A stretch of DNA of 64,000 bases, taken from the NCBI RefSeq assembly GCF_004010195.1, contig NC_057718.1:28394377-28458376 (forward strand), given 5' to 3'. Shown here piece after piece: positions 24,167 through 36,538 of the stretch. The DNA comes from Chiloscyllium plagiosum (lineage: Eukaryota). Position 1 is the first letter of the stretch, and each line of letters starts with the position of its first letter. A program made the translations under genes and the position numbers. Below the pieces are notes generated by a model. The model had not been told where the DNA came from. It was given only the letters and a program-made list of their open reading frames with translations, and did no database searches.

Positions 24167-26464
24167 TTCTTCCCATGGATGTTGCCAGACCTACTGAGTT
24201 CCATCAGCAATGTTTTTGCTCCTCTTCTCGGTAGTTTGAATGCTATACAGATGACCCTACATACTTTTTAAATTATATCTGCAATCTTCCGAAATCAAAA
24301 CTTTATGCACTTTTAATAGATCAATACCTTGGATTGGAGGTGTAACCCTAGCTTTCTTATTCTCCTCCAATAATCTACTACATCCTTTAAAACCCCAAAC
24401 TTGGCAACAATGGATTATTAGACCCAGATTTATCTTTTCACTAACTGCTTTCAATCACTTAGTATGCAGCCATTCACCTTTTGTTTTAATTAAAAGAAAA
24501 ATTACACAGGAATTTACTTCAGAAAATTATGGTACAGTCTGGGCTTCAAAGTTGGATGATCCTTATACAGTTAGGCTTATTATTCATTCATCAAAATGAA
24601 TACAACTCTTAAAATGAAGGGCTCCACATTCATTACATACTAGGAATGAATGAATTTTAATTGAACATATTGCAATTGGTTGCAGTATACATCCAGAAAG
24701 ATGGGAAATGAAAAATACTGTTGTTCGTATTTCTTTTCACCAAACAGTAACTTTATCCTTCCACAGTTGAGTAATGTTGCTACACTTGCTATCTTATCTT
24801 CATATGTGAACAATGTGCCCTCATAGAAATATATGCCAGCATGAATCACTGACTTCCAGAAAAATGTGCAGACGGTTGAGGAGTGCAATAAATCATGGTG
24901 CAAGACAAAATAGAGAGGCCTCAATTTATAAAGGATGTAATTTTCTGAATTGTATGACGGAATTTTTCTCATTCCCATTAATTGCAGTTTTTTTCTAAAC
25001 AAGCTTTATATAAATTAGCTGAAATGCAAATCAGGTGCTTTTAATTGAAAGATTGCTCATTGATCCAAGAGTTTGCTATATTCTCAAAAAAGCCAGCTTC
25101 AGTTTACAATCTGAACAGCTTCATATGTCCTATCCTATTCAGATTTTTATCATGGTTAAGAGTAAAGGCTCTAGGTTCAGGAGAGTTTATTTAGCAGAAA
25201 TCACACATTGAACATTTTTCTTCAAGAAAAGCAGAACATACCAGTAACTTGGCAAAATCAAAATCAATGGAAAGCTAAAAATACAGCATCAATGTGGGAT
25301 ATTTTCAATTATCTGCCAGGGTAGGGTGCCCTCTGCAACAACAGATAATTGAAATTTCGCTGCATTCTCTTTTAGGCTTATTCTATGGAAACCATTTGCA
25401 GAACTCCTGATTCAAAGCCCTAGATCAGATCAATGTAAACAAATGCTGACAAATGCAGTTCTTATTCTCTTGTACTAACAAAAGCTCAAACAATGTCTTA
25501 ACATAATATTTAAAAAATGAAAAACAAATCAACTCAAATGCAAAGTGCTGCAGATGCTGGAAATCTGAAACAAAAAAAAAATTGGAAATCATCAGGTCAG
25601 TCATTATCTGCCAAGATAAAAAAAATTAACATTTCAGCTTGAGATGACCAACCAAAGAAATTTCAAATTCTTCAAACATTTCAGGACAACTGCAGTATTT
25701 CCATTTCAGTGGGAACAACATAGTAAGTATGGCAACAGAGTGGGAGGAGCAGGTCTACAGAACAGCTTGGAATGAATCAGGAGCGGACAATTTTGAAAAA
25801 GGTGTTTGGTTGGTGAGCATTGCAAACCTTTTCAGCTCTTTAACCAGAGGTGTATTAATAGCAACTCTAACAATTGGCAACTTATTACTAATTTATTAAA
25901 TCTATAAAGTAGATAAGCTAACTCCTAGAACCAAAATAATGTACTGAACAATGATTTTCACTAAATAAATGAACAGTTTTTTAAAAAAATCAAGAAGAAC
26001 AATACAGCACAGCAGCAGGCTCTTTGACTCACAAAGCCTGAACCAACACACAATGCCTTTCTAAACTTAGAAACCTTTTGTCGCTATTCCCTGCCTTACA
26101 TGTATGTGTCAAGATGCCTCTTAATAGGACAGTCAGAGCCAACATAGCTTTATGGATGGAATGGTGTTGGAAATAAAAACTTGTTTGCTTTTTTTTAAGG
26201 ATTTATCTGTTTGAGCCTGGAGATGCAATATGCTCGGATCTCCAAAAGTCATTTGATAACGTGTCACGAAAATGATCAATACTCAATACACCACTCACCA
26301 AGTTAGGAAGAATATATTGGCATGGATAGAAGATTTGTTAATGGCTTGGAAGCAGACAGTAGGGATGAACATTTTCAACTTGTCAGTCTGTGACTGTTGG
26401 GGTGTCACAAGGATCACTGGGGTCTCAGCTATTTATGATTCACATTAATGACTTGAACAAAGGG

Positions 26465-26697
26465 GATATGCCTTAGCTCAGCAGTTAGCACTGCTGCTTC
26501 ACAACACCAGGGACCTGGGTTCAATTCCAGCCTCAGGCGACTATCTGTGTGAAATTTGCACATTCTCCCAGTGTCTGTGTAGATTGCCTCCAGATGCTCC
26601 GGTTTCCTCCCACAATCCAAAGATATGCAGGTTAGGTGAACTGGTAATGCTAAATTGCCCATAACATTCAGGGTAGGTGCATTAGTCAGGGGTATAT
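26465..26697 (+). mobile_element. HE1-type SINE, 5' part (3' part at ~33590-33680)
   Basis: GCTCAGCAGTTAGCACTGCTGCTTCACAACACCAGGGACCTGGGTTCAATTCC head and core; the tail GGACTTGTTGAGCCAAAGGGCCTGTTTCC resumes at ~33590. Confidence 0.8.
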
Positions 26698-26699
26698 AA

Positions 26700-29600
26700 A
26701 AAGAGCAAAGAAAACTTACAGCCCAGGGACAGGCTCTTTGGCCCTCCAAGCCTGAGCCAATCTAAATCCATGATCTAAACCTGTCGCCCATTTCCTAAGC
26801 ATCTGTATCCCTCTGCTCCCCACCTACTTATGCATCTGCCCAGATGCATCTTAAATGAATCTACCGTGCCTGCCTCTACTACCTCTGCTGGCAACACATT
26901 CCAGACACCCACCAGCCTGTGTACAGTACTTGCCGCTTGTATCCCCCTTAAACTTTTCACCTCTCACCTACAAAGCGTGACCTCTCGTTACTGAATCCTT
27001 TACCCTGGGGAGAAAAGTTTATCTCTACCTACTCCGTCTATACCCTTCATGATTTTGTAGACCTCAATCAGGTCCCCCCTCAATCTCTTTTTTTCTAATG
27101 AAAATAATCCTAACCTACTCAACCTCTCTTCATAGCTAGCACCTTCCGTACCTGGCAACATCTTCATAAACATTCCCACCTGCGCAGCAACCTTCAGGGT
27201 ACAATGGACCTGAACTCCCAGATCTCTCCACACATCAAATTTACTCAAGGCTCGTCCATTTACTGTATAGTTTGCTCAGGAATTAGACTTCCCAAAATGC
27301 ATCACCTCACATTTCCCTGGATTGAACTCCATCTGCCACTTCTCCGCGCAACTCTCCAGTCTATCTATATTCTCCTGTGTTCTTTGACAGTCCCCTATGC
27401 TTTCTGCTACTCCACCAATCTTCTTGTCATCTGCAAACTTGCTGATCATACCAACAGTGCCCTCTTCCAGATAATTTAAGTATATTACAAACAACAGTGG
27501 CCCCAGCACTGATTTCTGTGGAACACCATTGGTCACCATTCTCATTTCGAGAAACTCCTTTCAACTATTACTCTGTCTCCTGTTGCTCAACCAGTTCTTT
27601 ATCCACCTAGCTAGAACACCCCGCACACCACGTGACTTCACTTTCTCTATTAGTTTACCATGGGGAACCTTATCAAACGCCTTACTGAAGTCCACGTATA
27701 TGACATCTACAGCCCCTCCTTCATCTATCAACTTGGTCACTTCCTCAAAGAATACTATTAAGTTGGTAAGGCACGATCGCCCCTGCACAAAACCATGTTG
27801 CCTATCACCGATAAGCCCATTCTTTTCCAAATATAAATAGATTTTATCCCTCAGTACCTTCTCCAGCAACTTTCCCACCACTGACATCAGGCTCAGAATA
27901 GTTACCCAGAATATCCCTACTACCCTGCTCGTGCAAGGGGACATCATGAGCAACCCTCCAGTCCTCCGACACCTCACCTGTGTTTAAGGATGCTATAAAG
28001 ATATGTCAGGGCACCAGCATTGCCTCTCTCAGCAACCTGGGATAGGTCTCATCCGATCCTGGGTATTTGTCCACTTTAGTAACCTTTAGCCTACCCAACA
28101 CATCTTCCCTACTTATGTCAACGCGATCCAGAGTAATCAAACTTTTATCTCTAATCTCAACATTCATCATGTCCCTCTTCTCAGTGAACACCGATGCAAA
28201 GTAATCATTCAGAATCTCACCCATTCTCGAAAAGGCTTTGGGATTCTCCGTAATTCTGCTGGCTAAAGCTGTTTCATGACCCCTTTTAGCCCACTTGATT
28301 CCTCGTTTAAGACTGGTCCTACTCTCCCCATATTCCTCCAAGGCCCATTCTGTTCTCAGCTGCCTGGACTTTATTCAAGCTTCCCTTTACCTCTTGGCTA
28401 GTCGTACGATTTCTCCTGTCATGCACGGTCACGAATCTTGCCTTTCCTATCCATTGCTTTCAACGGGACATACCTATCCTTCACTATCTTTAACCTATCT
28501 TTGAAAGCCTCCCACATATCAAATGTGGTCTTCCCTTCAAATAGCTGCGTCCAATCCACATTTCCCAGCTCCTGCCTAATTTTGATATAATTGGCCTTGG
28601 CCCGGTTTAGTACTCTTCCCTTAGGACCACTCTCATCTTTGTCTAAGAGTATTCTAAAACGTACACAATTGTGGTCACTATTCCCAAAGAAATCCCCCAC
28701 TGCAACGTCTATCACCTGGAGAGAAGTCTACTGATTAAACTTAAAATATAAGCCATAACTATTCATTTAACCTGGTGTAGTGTTTTGTAGAGGAATAAGA
28801 CGGTGTTATTTTCAGGGTCTGTAGATTGTGAAGGAGCAAAAATGGCCTTTGCAGTGAGATGTACTTCTTGTCAGATGTGGGAATTTAAAGAGAGTTTAAG
28901 GGTAATTGCGGATTATATCTGCCATAAATGCTGTTGGATGCAAATCTTATCAGATCAAATGGATCGGTTGGAGAGACCGTTAGAAGCGATGAGGAATTTG
29001 CAACAGCAACAGTATGTGATGGATGGCAGGTATCGGAAGGGGGGGAAAGTCTCAGATACAGTCACATAGATGGGTTAACTCCAGGAAGAGTAAGAGAGGT
29101 AGGCACCTAGGGCAGGCGTCTTTTGTGGATGCACCCATTTCAAACAGGTATGCTGTTTTGGAAAATGTAGGAGGTGATGGATTCTCAGGGGAACGTAGCA
29201 CGAACAGCAAAGCTTCTGGTATTGAGATTGGCTCTAATGCAATAAGGGGTACTTTGGCTTCCAAGAGATCAATTGCGTTAGGGGATTCTGTAGTCCGAGG
29301 AACAGATAGATGTTTCTGTGACCAGCAGAGAAAAAGCAGAATGGTGTGCTGTTTCCCTGGTGCCATGATCAAGGTTGCCTCAGAGAGGGTGCAGAATGTT
29401 CTTACAGGGGAGAGAGGCCAGCAGGAGGTCATTGTCCTCATCAGAGCCAACGACATAGGAAGGGAAAAAGTTGAGATTCTGAAGGGAGATTAAGAGAGTT
29501 AGGCAGAAATCTAAAAAGGAGGTCCTCGGGGTAGTAATATCTGGATTACTCCCTGTGCTACAAGCTAGTGAGGGCAGGAATAGGAGGATAGAGCAGATGA

Positions 29601-32600
29601 ATGCATGGCTGAAGAGCTGGTGTATGGGAGAAGGATTCACATTTTTGGATCATTGGAATCTCTTTTGGGGTAGAAGTGACCTGTACAAGAAGGACGGATT
29701 ACACCTAAATTGGAAGGGGACTAATATACCAGCAGGGAAACTTGCTAGAACTGCTTGGGAGGATTTAAACTAGTAAGGTGGAGCGGAGGGGAGAGACCCA
29801 GGGAGATAGTGAGGAAAGAGATCAATCTGAGACTGGTTCAGTTGAGAACAGAAGTGAGTCAAACAGTCAGGGACAAGGTAGGACAAATAAATTAAACTGC
29901 ATTTATTTCAATGCAAGGGGTCTAACAGGGAAGGCAGATGAACTCAGGGCACACTTAGGAACATGGGACTGGGATATCATGGCAATTACAGAAACATGGC
30001 TCAGGGATGAGCAGGGCTGGCAGCTTAATGTTCCAGGATACAAACGCTACAGGAAGGATAGAAAGGGAGGCAAGAGAGGAGGGGAAGTGGCATTTTTGAT
30101 AAGGGATAGCATTACAGCTGTGCTAAGGGAGGATATTCCTGGAAATATATCCAAGGAAGTTATTTGGGTGGAACTGAGAAATAAGAAAGGGATGATCACC
30201 TTATTGGGATTGTATTATAGACCCCCTAATAGTCAGAGGGAAATTGAGAAACAAACTTGTAAGGAGATCCCAGCTATCTGTAAGAATAATAGGGTAGTTA
30301 TGGTAGGGGATTTTAACTTTCCAAACATAGACTGGGAATGCCATAGTGTTAAAGGGATGGAGAGGAATTTCTTAAGTACGTACAAGACAATTTTCTGATT
30401 CAGAATGTGGATGTACCTACTAGAGTAGGTGCAAAACTTGACCTACTCTTGGGAAATAAGGCAGAGCAGGTGACTGAGGTGTCAGTGGGGGAGCACTTTG
30501 GGGCCAGCGATCATAATTCTATTCGTTTTAAAATAGTGATGGAAAAGGATAGACCAGATCTAAAAGTTGAAGTAATAAATTGGAGGAAGGCCAATTTTGA
30601 CGGTATTAGGCAAGAACTTTCGAAAGCTGACTGGAGGCAGATGTTCACAGGTAAAGGGACGGCTGGAAAATGGAAAGCCTTCAGAAATGAGATAACAACA
30701 ATCCAAGAAGTATATTCCTGTCAGGGTGAAAGGAAAGGCTGGTAGGTATAGGGAATGCTGGGTGATGAAAGAAATTGAGGGTTTGGTTATGAAAAAGAAG
30801 GAAGCATATGTCAAGTATAGACAGGATAGATCGAGTGAATCCTTAAAACAGTCTAAAGGCAGTAGGAATATACTTAAGAGGGAAATCAAGAGGGCAAAAA
30901 GGGGACATGAGATAACTTTGGCAAACAGAATTAAGGAGAATCCAAAGGGTTTTTACAAATATATTAAGGACAAAAGGGGAACTAAGGAGAGAATAGGGCC
31001 CCCAAAGACCAGCAAGGCGGCCTTTGTGTGGAGTCACAGAAAATGGGGAGATACCAAATGAATATTTTGCATCATTATTTACTGTGGAAAAGGATATGGA
31101 AGATATAGAATGTAGGGAAATAGATGGTGACATCTTGCAAAATGTCCAGATTACAGAGGAGGAAGTGCTGGATGTCTTGAAACAGTTAAATGTGGATAAA
31201 TCCCCAGGAACTGATCAGGTGTACCCGAGAACTCTGTGGGAAGCCAGAGAAGTGATTGCTGGGCCTCTTGCTGAGATATTTGTATCATCGATAGTCACAG
31301 GTGAGGTGCCAGAAGACTGGAGGTTGGCAAACGTGGTGCCACTGTTTAAGAAGGGCAGTAAAGACAAGCCCCATGGGAGACTGATTAGCAAGGTTTGGAG
31401 ATGGAGTTTAATTCAGATAAATGCGAGGTGCTGCATTTTGGGAAAGCAAATCTTAGCAGGACTTATACATTTAATGGTACGGTCCTAGGGAGTGTTGCTG
31501 AACAAAGAGACCTTGGAGTGCAGGTTCATAGCTCCTTGAAAGTGGAGTCGCAGGTAGATAGGATAGTGAAGAAAGCTTTTGGTATGCTTTCCTTTATTGG
31601 TCAGAGTATTGAGTTCAGGAGTTGGGAGGTCATATTGTGTCTGTACAGGACATTGGTTAGGCCACTGTTGGAATATTGTGTGCAATTCTGGTCTCCTTCC
31701 TATCAGAAGGATGTTGTGAAACATGAAAGGGGTCAGAAAAGATTTTGCCAGGGTTGGAGGATTTGAGCTATTGGGAGAGGCTGAACAGGCTGGGGCTGTT
31801 TTCCCTGGAGTGTCGGAGGCTGAGAGGTGACCTTATAGAGGTTTACAAAATTATGAGAGGCATGGATAGGATAAATAGGCAAAGTCTTTTCTCTGGGGTG
31901 GGGGAGTCCAGATGTGGAGGGCATAGGTTTAGGTGAGAGGGGAAAAGACATAAAAGAGACCTAAGGGGCAACTTTTTCACACAGAGGGTGGTACGTGTAT
32001 GGAATGAGCTGCCACAGGAAGTGGTGGAGGCTGGTACAATTGCAACATTTAAGAGGCAATAGGAAGGCTTTGGAGGGATATGTGCCGGGTTCTGGCAAGT
32101 GGGACTAGATTGGGTTGGGATATCTGGTCGGCATGGATGGTTTGGACCGAAGGGTCTGTTTTCATGCTGTACATCTCTATGACTCTGATTCCTCAATACC
32201 AGGTCCAATACGGCCCCTTCCCTCGTCGGACTATTGACATACTGATCTAGAAAACTCTCCTGGACGCTTCTTACAAATTCAGCCGCATCCAGACCTCTGA
32301 CACTAAGTGTATCCCAGTCAATGTTGGGAAAATGTCAATGTAGGGAAAATTAAAATCTCCCATCACCACCACCCTATTGCCTCTACATCTTTCCATAAGC
32401 TGTATACCTATTTGTTCTTCTACCTCACGCTCACTGTTGGGAGGCCTGTAATACAGCCCCAACAAAATAACTGCACCCTTCTTATTTCTCAGCTCCACCA
32501 TAATGCCTCACTACTCAAGCCCTCCATAGTGTCCTCCTTTAGCACAGCTGTGATATCATCCCTGACCAGCAATGCAACTCCTCCCCCCCCCCGCCCTTTC

Positions 32601-33570
32601 ACTTCCCTCCCTGTCCTGTTTGAAGCATCTATATCCTGGAACATTTAGTTGCCAATCATGCCCTTCATTCAACTAAGTCTCTGTGATTGCAATAACGTCA
32701 TACTCCCAGGTACTAATCCAAGCCCTAAGATCGTCTGCCTTACCCACTATACTCCTTGCATTAAAAGTATATGCACTTTAGGCCACCAGTTCATTTGCGT
32801 TCATCTGCTCTCAGTCTACTCTTCCCCTTATCAATGTTATCTTCATGATTTTTACAGTCTCCAGTTTCCATCTCGTTGTCTACTGGTCTTCTCTTCTGGT
32901 TCCCAGCCCCCGTCACATTAGTTTAAAACTTCTCCAACAGCAGTAGCAAAAACTCCCCCAAGGACATTAGTTCCAGTCTGGTTCAGCGTCAAACTTCTAA
33001 TAGTCCCACCTTCCCCAGAACCGGTCGCAATGTTCCACAAATCTGAACCCCTCCCTCCTACACAATCCCTCAAGCCACAAGTTCACCCTGTCTATTTTTT
33101 CATTTCTACACTGGTTAGCACGTGGCACTGGTAGTAATCCCGACATCACTACATTTGAGGTCCTCCTTTTTAAACTTCTCTCCTAGCTCCCTGAATTCTG
33201 CTTTCAGGACCTCATCTCATTTTTCACTTATATCGTTGGTGCCTATATGCACCAAGACAACTGGCTGTTAACCCTCCCATTTTAGGATGCTCTGTAACCG
33301 ATCGGTGGCATCCCTGACCCGAGCACCTGGGAGGCAACATACCATCCGGGAGTCCCATTTTCGGCCACAGAACTGCCTATTTACTCCCCTCACAATAGAA
33401 TGCCCTATGACTATGGCCCTAAGAGTCTTTTTCCTGACTTTCTGAACAGCAGTGCCTGCCACGGTGCCATGATCTTGGCAACTGCTGCCCTCCCCTGGTA
33501 AGTCATCTCCCCCAACAGTATCCAAAACGGTATACCTGTTTTGGAGGGAGATGACCACAGGGGACACCTC
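26700..33570 (-). mobile_element. CR1 LINE (ORF1 esterase to 3' end), split by an opposite-strand CR1 at 28720-32186
   Basis: ORF1 IVIGHSIVRGVNRQFCG...VCCLPGARVRD (33268-33582); endonuclease LGLYYRPPNS...MGDFNFP (32271-32501), resuming at FGNSDHN (28419-28715); RT QHGFVQGRSCLTNL, GVPQKSVLGPLLF, KFADD. Confidence 0.9.
28720..32186 (+). mobile_element. Near full-length CR1 LINE (Zn finger/esterase ORF1, APE-RT ORF2) with deletions in RT
   Basis: ORF1 CTSCQMWE...CHKC, ALGDSVVRG, RAND, DGLHLNWKG (SGNH/GDSL esterase); ORF2 YFNARGL, AITETWL, YYRPPN, GDFNFP, SDHN, KSPGTD; 3' tail CTCTATGACTCT. Frameshifted. Confidence 0.93.
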
Positions 33571-33789
33571 TATGTCGAGCAATCGGTTTGTGGGATGAGT
33601 TTGGGGGGGTTACTCTTCGGAGGGTGAGTGTGGACTTGTTGAGCCAAAGGGCCTGTTTCCACGCTGTAGGGAATCTTAAAAAATATGACGCCGCAAGTAA
33701 TACATCCACCTTTGCTGATGATACAAAGCTTGGTGGAATCGTAAACTGAGGAGAATACAGAGGTTGCAGAGAGATGTACTCAAGCGAGA

Positions 33790-34755
33790 GGCCAGCAAGG
33801 TAGTAGATGGCATACGACTGGATCCTCAGTTTCCTGACCCACAGACAACAGTGAAGATTGGGGACAATATTTCATCCTCACTAACACTCAACACTGGAGC
33901 CCCCTACTGTACTCACTGTATACCCATGACTGCGTCACCAAATACCATTTACAAAGCTTGTTGATGACCAGTCGGTTGAGTCTCAGATGGTGACAAAACA
34001 GACTTCAGATGGGAGGTGGAAGACCATGAGAAATGGTGCACTGAGAACAACCTAGCTCTCCATTCCGGCAAAACCAAGGAACTCATTATTGACTTTCAGC
34101 GGGATGTTACTCATGCCTCCCTACACATTAAGAGCACAGAAGTGGAATGAGTGGAGTGTCAAGCTTCTGGGAGTGGTCATCCACAACAAGCTTTCTTGGA
34201 CTCTTCATGTGGACACACTGGTTACAAAGGCCCAACAACGTCTCTTCTTCCTCAGACAGCTGAAGAAATTTGGCATGAGGGCGAATTTTTATAGGTGCAC
34301 CATCGAGAGCATTCTGTCTGGATGTATCACTACATGGTATAGCAACTGTACCATTCAAGATCAGAGACGGTTACAGAGAGTGGTGAACTCAGACCGGAAA
34401 TCACAAAGGCCAACTTCCATCTATAGAATCCATCTACCAGACCCGCTATCAAGGAAAGGCTGCATTCTCAAAGATCCATTCCATCCTGGCAATGCTTTTC
34501 TACGTCTACCATCGGACAGAAGCCTGAACACATGCACCAGCTGGTTTTGAAACAGTTTCTACGCTACTGTTGTTAGAATACTGAATGGACCCAAACTCTT
34601 AACATTCGTCTGTACCTGTGTTTTTGTTTTTGCCACTGTTTACCTAATATTTACTTATCTATGCTATTTAACTCTATGATCTGCCTGTATTGCTCGCATG
34701 ACAAAGCTTTTCACTGTGCCTTGGTACATGTGACAATAAATTCAATTAAATTCAA
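33790..34755 (+). mobile_element. Rex1/Babar-type LINE, 5'-truncated
   Basis: VKIGDNISSSLTLNTGAP, KAQQRLFFLRQLKKF, FYRCTIESILSGCITTWY; 3' end AAGCTTTTCACTGT...GGTACATGTGACAATAAA followed by TTCAA-type repeats. Confidence 0.82.
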
Positions 34756-35104
34756 GTGGGGAAGAATCAACTTATTGACTTTGATAGGAAGATTAGTAAA
34801 GCTTTTTCTTAGAAATAGTGTAGTCAGTGGCTCTTCGGTGTACCTGTACAAAGAATACAAAGTTAGCATGCAGGTATAGAAAATAATTAGGTAGGCATAG
34901 CATGTGGGCCTTTATTACAGGCAATTGGATCTAGAAAAATAAGCAAGTCTTGCTACATTTACAAAGGAATTTGCACTGGAGAACTGCGCAGTTTTGATCT
35001 CCATAGTTAAGGAAGGATACACTTGCATTGGAGGCAGTACAATGAAGCTTCATTAAATTGGTCTCTAGGTTGAGGAAGTTTTTTTTGAGATAAAAGACTC
35101 AGCT

Positions 35105-35445
35105 AATGGCTCGGAACAGTGGTTCGCATTACTGCCTCAGCAACACCAGGGACGTGGGTTTGATTTCAGCCTTGGGTGACTGCCTGTGCACAGTCTGCAT
35201 TTTCTCCCTGTGTCCTCATGGGTTTCTGCCAAATGATCCAGTTTCGTTCAGTCCAAAGGTATACAGGGTAGATGGATTAGCTGTGGTAAATTGTCCATGG
35301 TGCACAGGTTAGTGGGTTAGCCATGATAAATGCAGGGTTACAGGGATAGTTTTGGGGACTGATCTCGGTGGGATGCTCTTCAGAGAGCTGGTGCAGTCCT
35401 GATGGGCCGAATGGCCTCTTCTGCACTGTAAGGATTCTGAGATTC
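35105..35445 (+). mobile_element. Older HE1-type SINE
   Basis: Diverged head CAGTGGTTCGCATTACTGCCTCA...GGGTTTGATTTC; tail GATGGGCCGAATGGCCTCTTCTGCACTGTAAGGATTCT. Confidence 0.75.
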
Positions 35446-35868
35446 AATGAAATTGGGCTTCTAACCTCTAGTTCAGAAGATTGAGAGATGATCTCATTAA
35501 AAATAAAAGATACTAAACTGGCTTGATAGGGTCAATGCTGTAGTGTGTTTGGCTGCCATTCATTTAGGGCTGAGATGAGTAGAAACCTCTTCACTAAGGC
35601 TTGTGAACTTTTAGAATGCCCAATCTCAAAATGCTGAAATGGACAGAGTTTTAGTCTCAAGAAAATCAAGTGTTATGAAGAACAAACAACAAAATGGAGT
35701 TGAGGTAGATGAGCCATAACCACATGAATAGCAGAGCAGTCTTGCCCATGTTTCTTATGTTCGAAGTCATCCTTTCCCTAGCAAGGGGTTCCAATGTTGA
35801 GATGGCAGAAGCAAAATCAAGCAAGTAGTCTCAAATTGAATGTTAAAAATTAATTCTCTAAAAATTAG

Positions 35869-36538
35869 TGTTACGACACAGGGTAAATCCTCCTGCTTAA
35901 TTTAAACCAACAACACAATAGATTTACCCCGTGCAGTAATCTGTGAAAATTCAAGAGGCCAAGAACTATTTAAAGTACAAATTAACAACTTGATTTCTTC
36001 AAGTATAACAGAATAATTAACTGACAGCTATTTACAACTCATTCCTCTAACCTTTTACTCTCCCCTCTACAATATTGGTCTGGTAAAAATCCCAATTCAG
36101 ATTTATAAAACTTCTTATCTCAAAACCAGGCAGCTTTCGGTTCTCCTCTGCATTCTGGTCTTCTTCTTGGGGATTCTGCTCCACAGGTTCCTAATCAATA
36201 AAGGTACCTTTAAGAGAGCTATTTTTGGACAGTCTTAACATGCTAGTGGCTTGTCAGTTCTCTCCACAACTGTTCAATTTTCTTGGGTCTTATACACCGA
36301 AAGCATTGAATTGTGTCAATATATTAAATATATTAAATTCAAACAGGATTGGAGTATTTTTTGGGGGTATAATTTAAACTGATTGGCCTAATTCAAATCT
36401 ATTTCTATCTCCAGGCAACCAGCTACCTTAACTGCTACATGTTACATTGTATCTTGTTGAGAACACTTGGTGCAGTCAGGTATTTCTATTAGCTTTTAAA
36501 CTTTCTTAAAGGTACAGTACACCCACATCTTTATCACA
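35869..36538 (-). mobile_element. Solo LTR of the Gmr1-like family (670 bp)
   Basis: TG...CA ends with a perfect TTAG TSD (35865-35868, 36539-36542). The minus strand starts TGTGATAAAGATGTGGGTGTAC and aligns along its length with 40067-40766. Confidence 0.9.

Larger units (their letters stand above)
22440..24225. mobile_element. Inverted pair of Penelope-like fragments with GIY-YIG endonuclease remnant
   Basis: The + arm (~23070-23400) encodes NLVYCI...LYIGET...RKLEEQHLIFHLGTLQPQRLNIEFNN. The - arm (~22880-23060) is the reverse complement of the same C-terminus. Hammerhead motifs lie at both outer ends (~22530-22570 degenerate; 24129-24166). Confidence 0.75.

Noticed and set aside
29023..29773. 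Stand-alone GDSL/SGNH esterase gene
   Set aside because: It is CR1 ORF1, directly upstream of the APE-RT ORF2 and broken by frameshifts.
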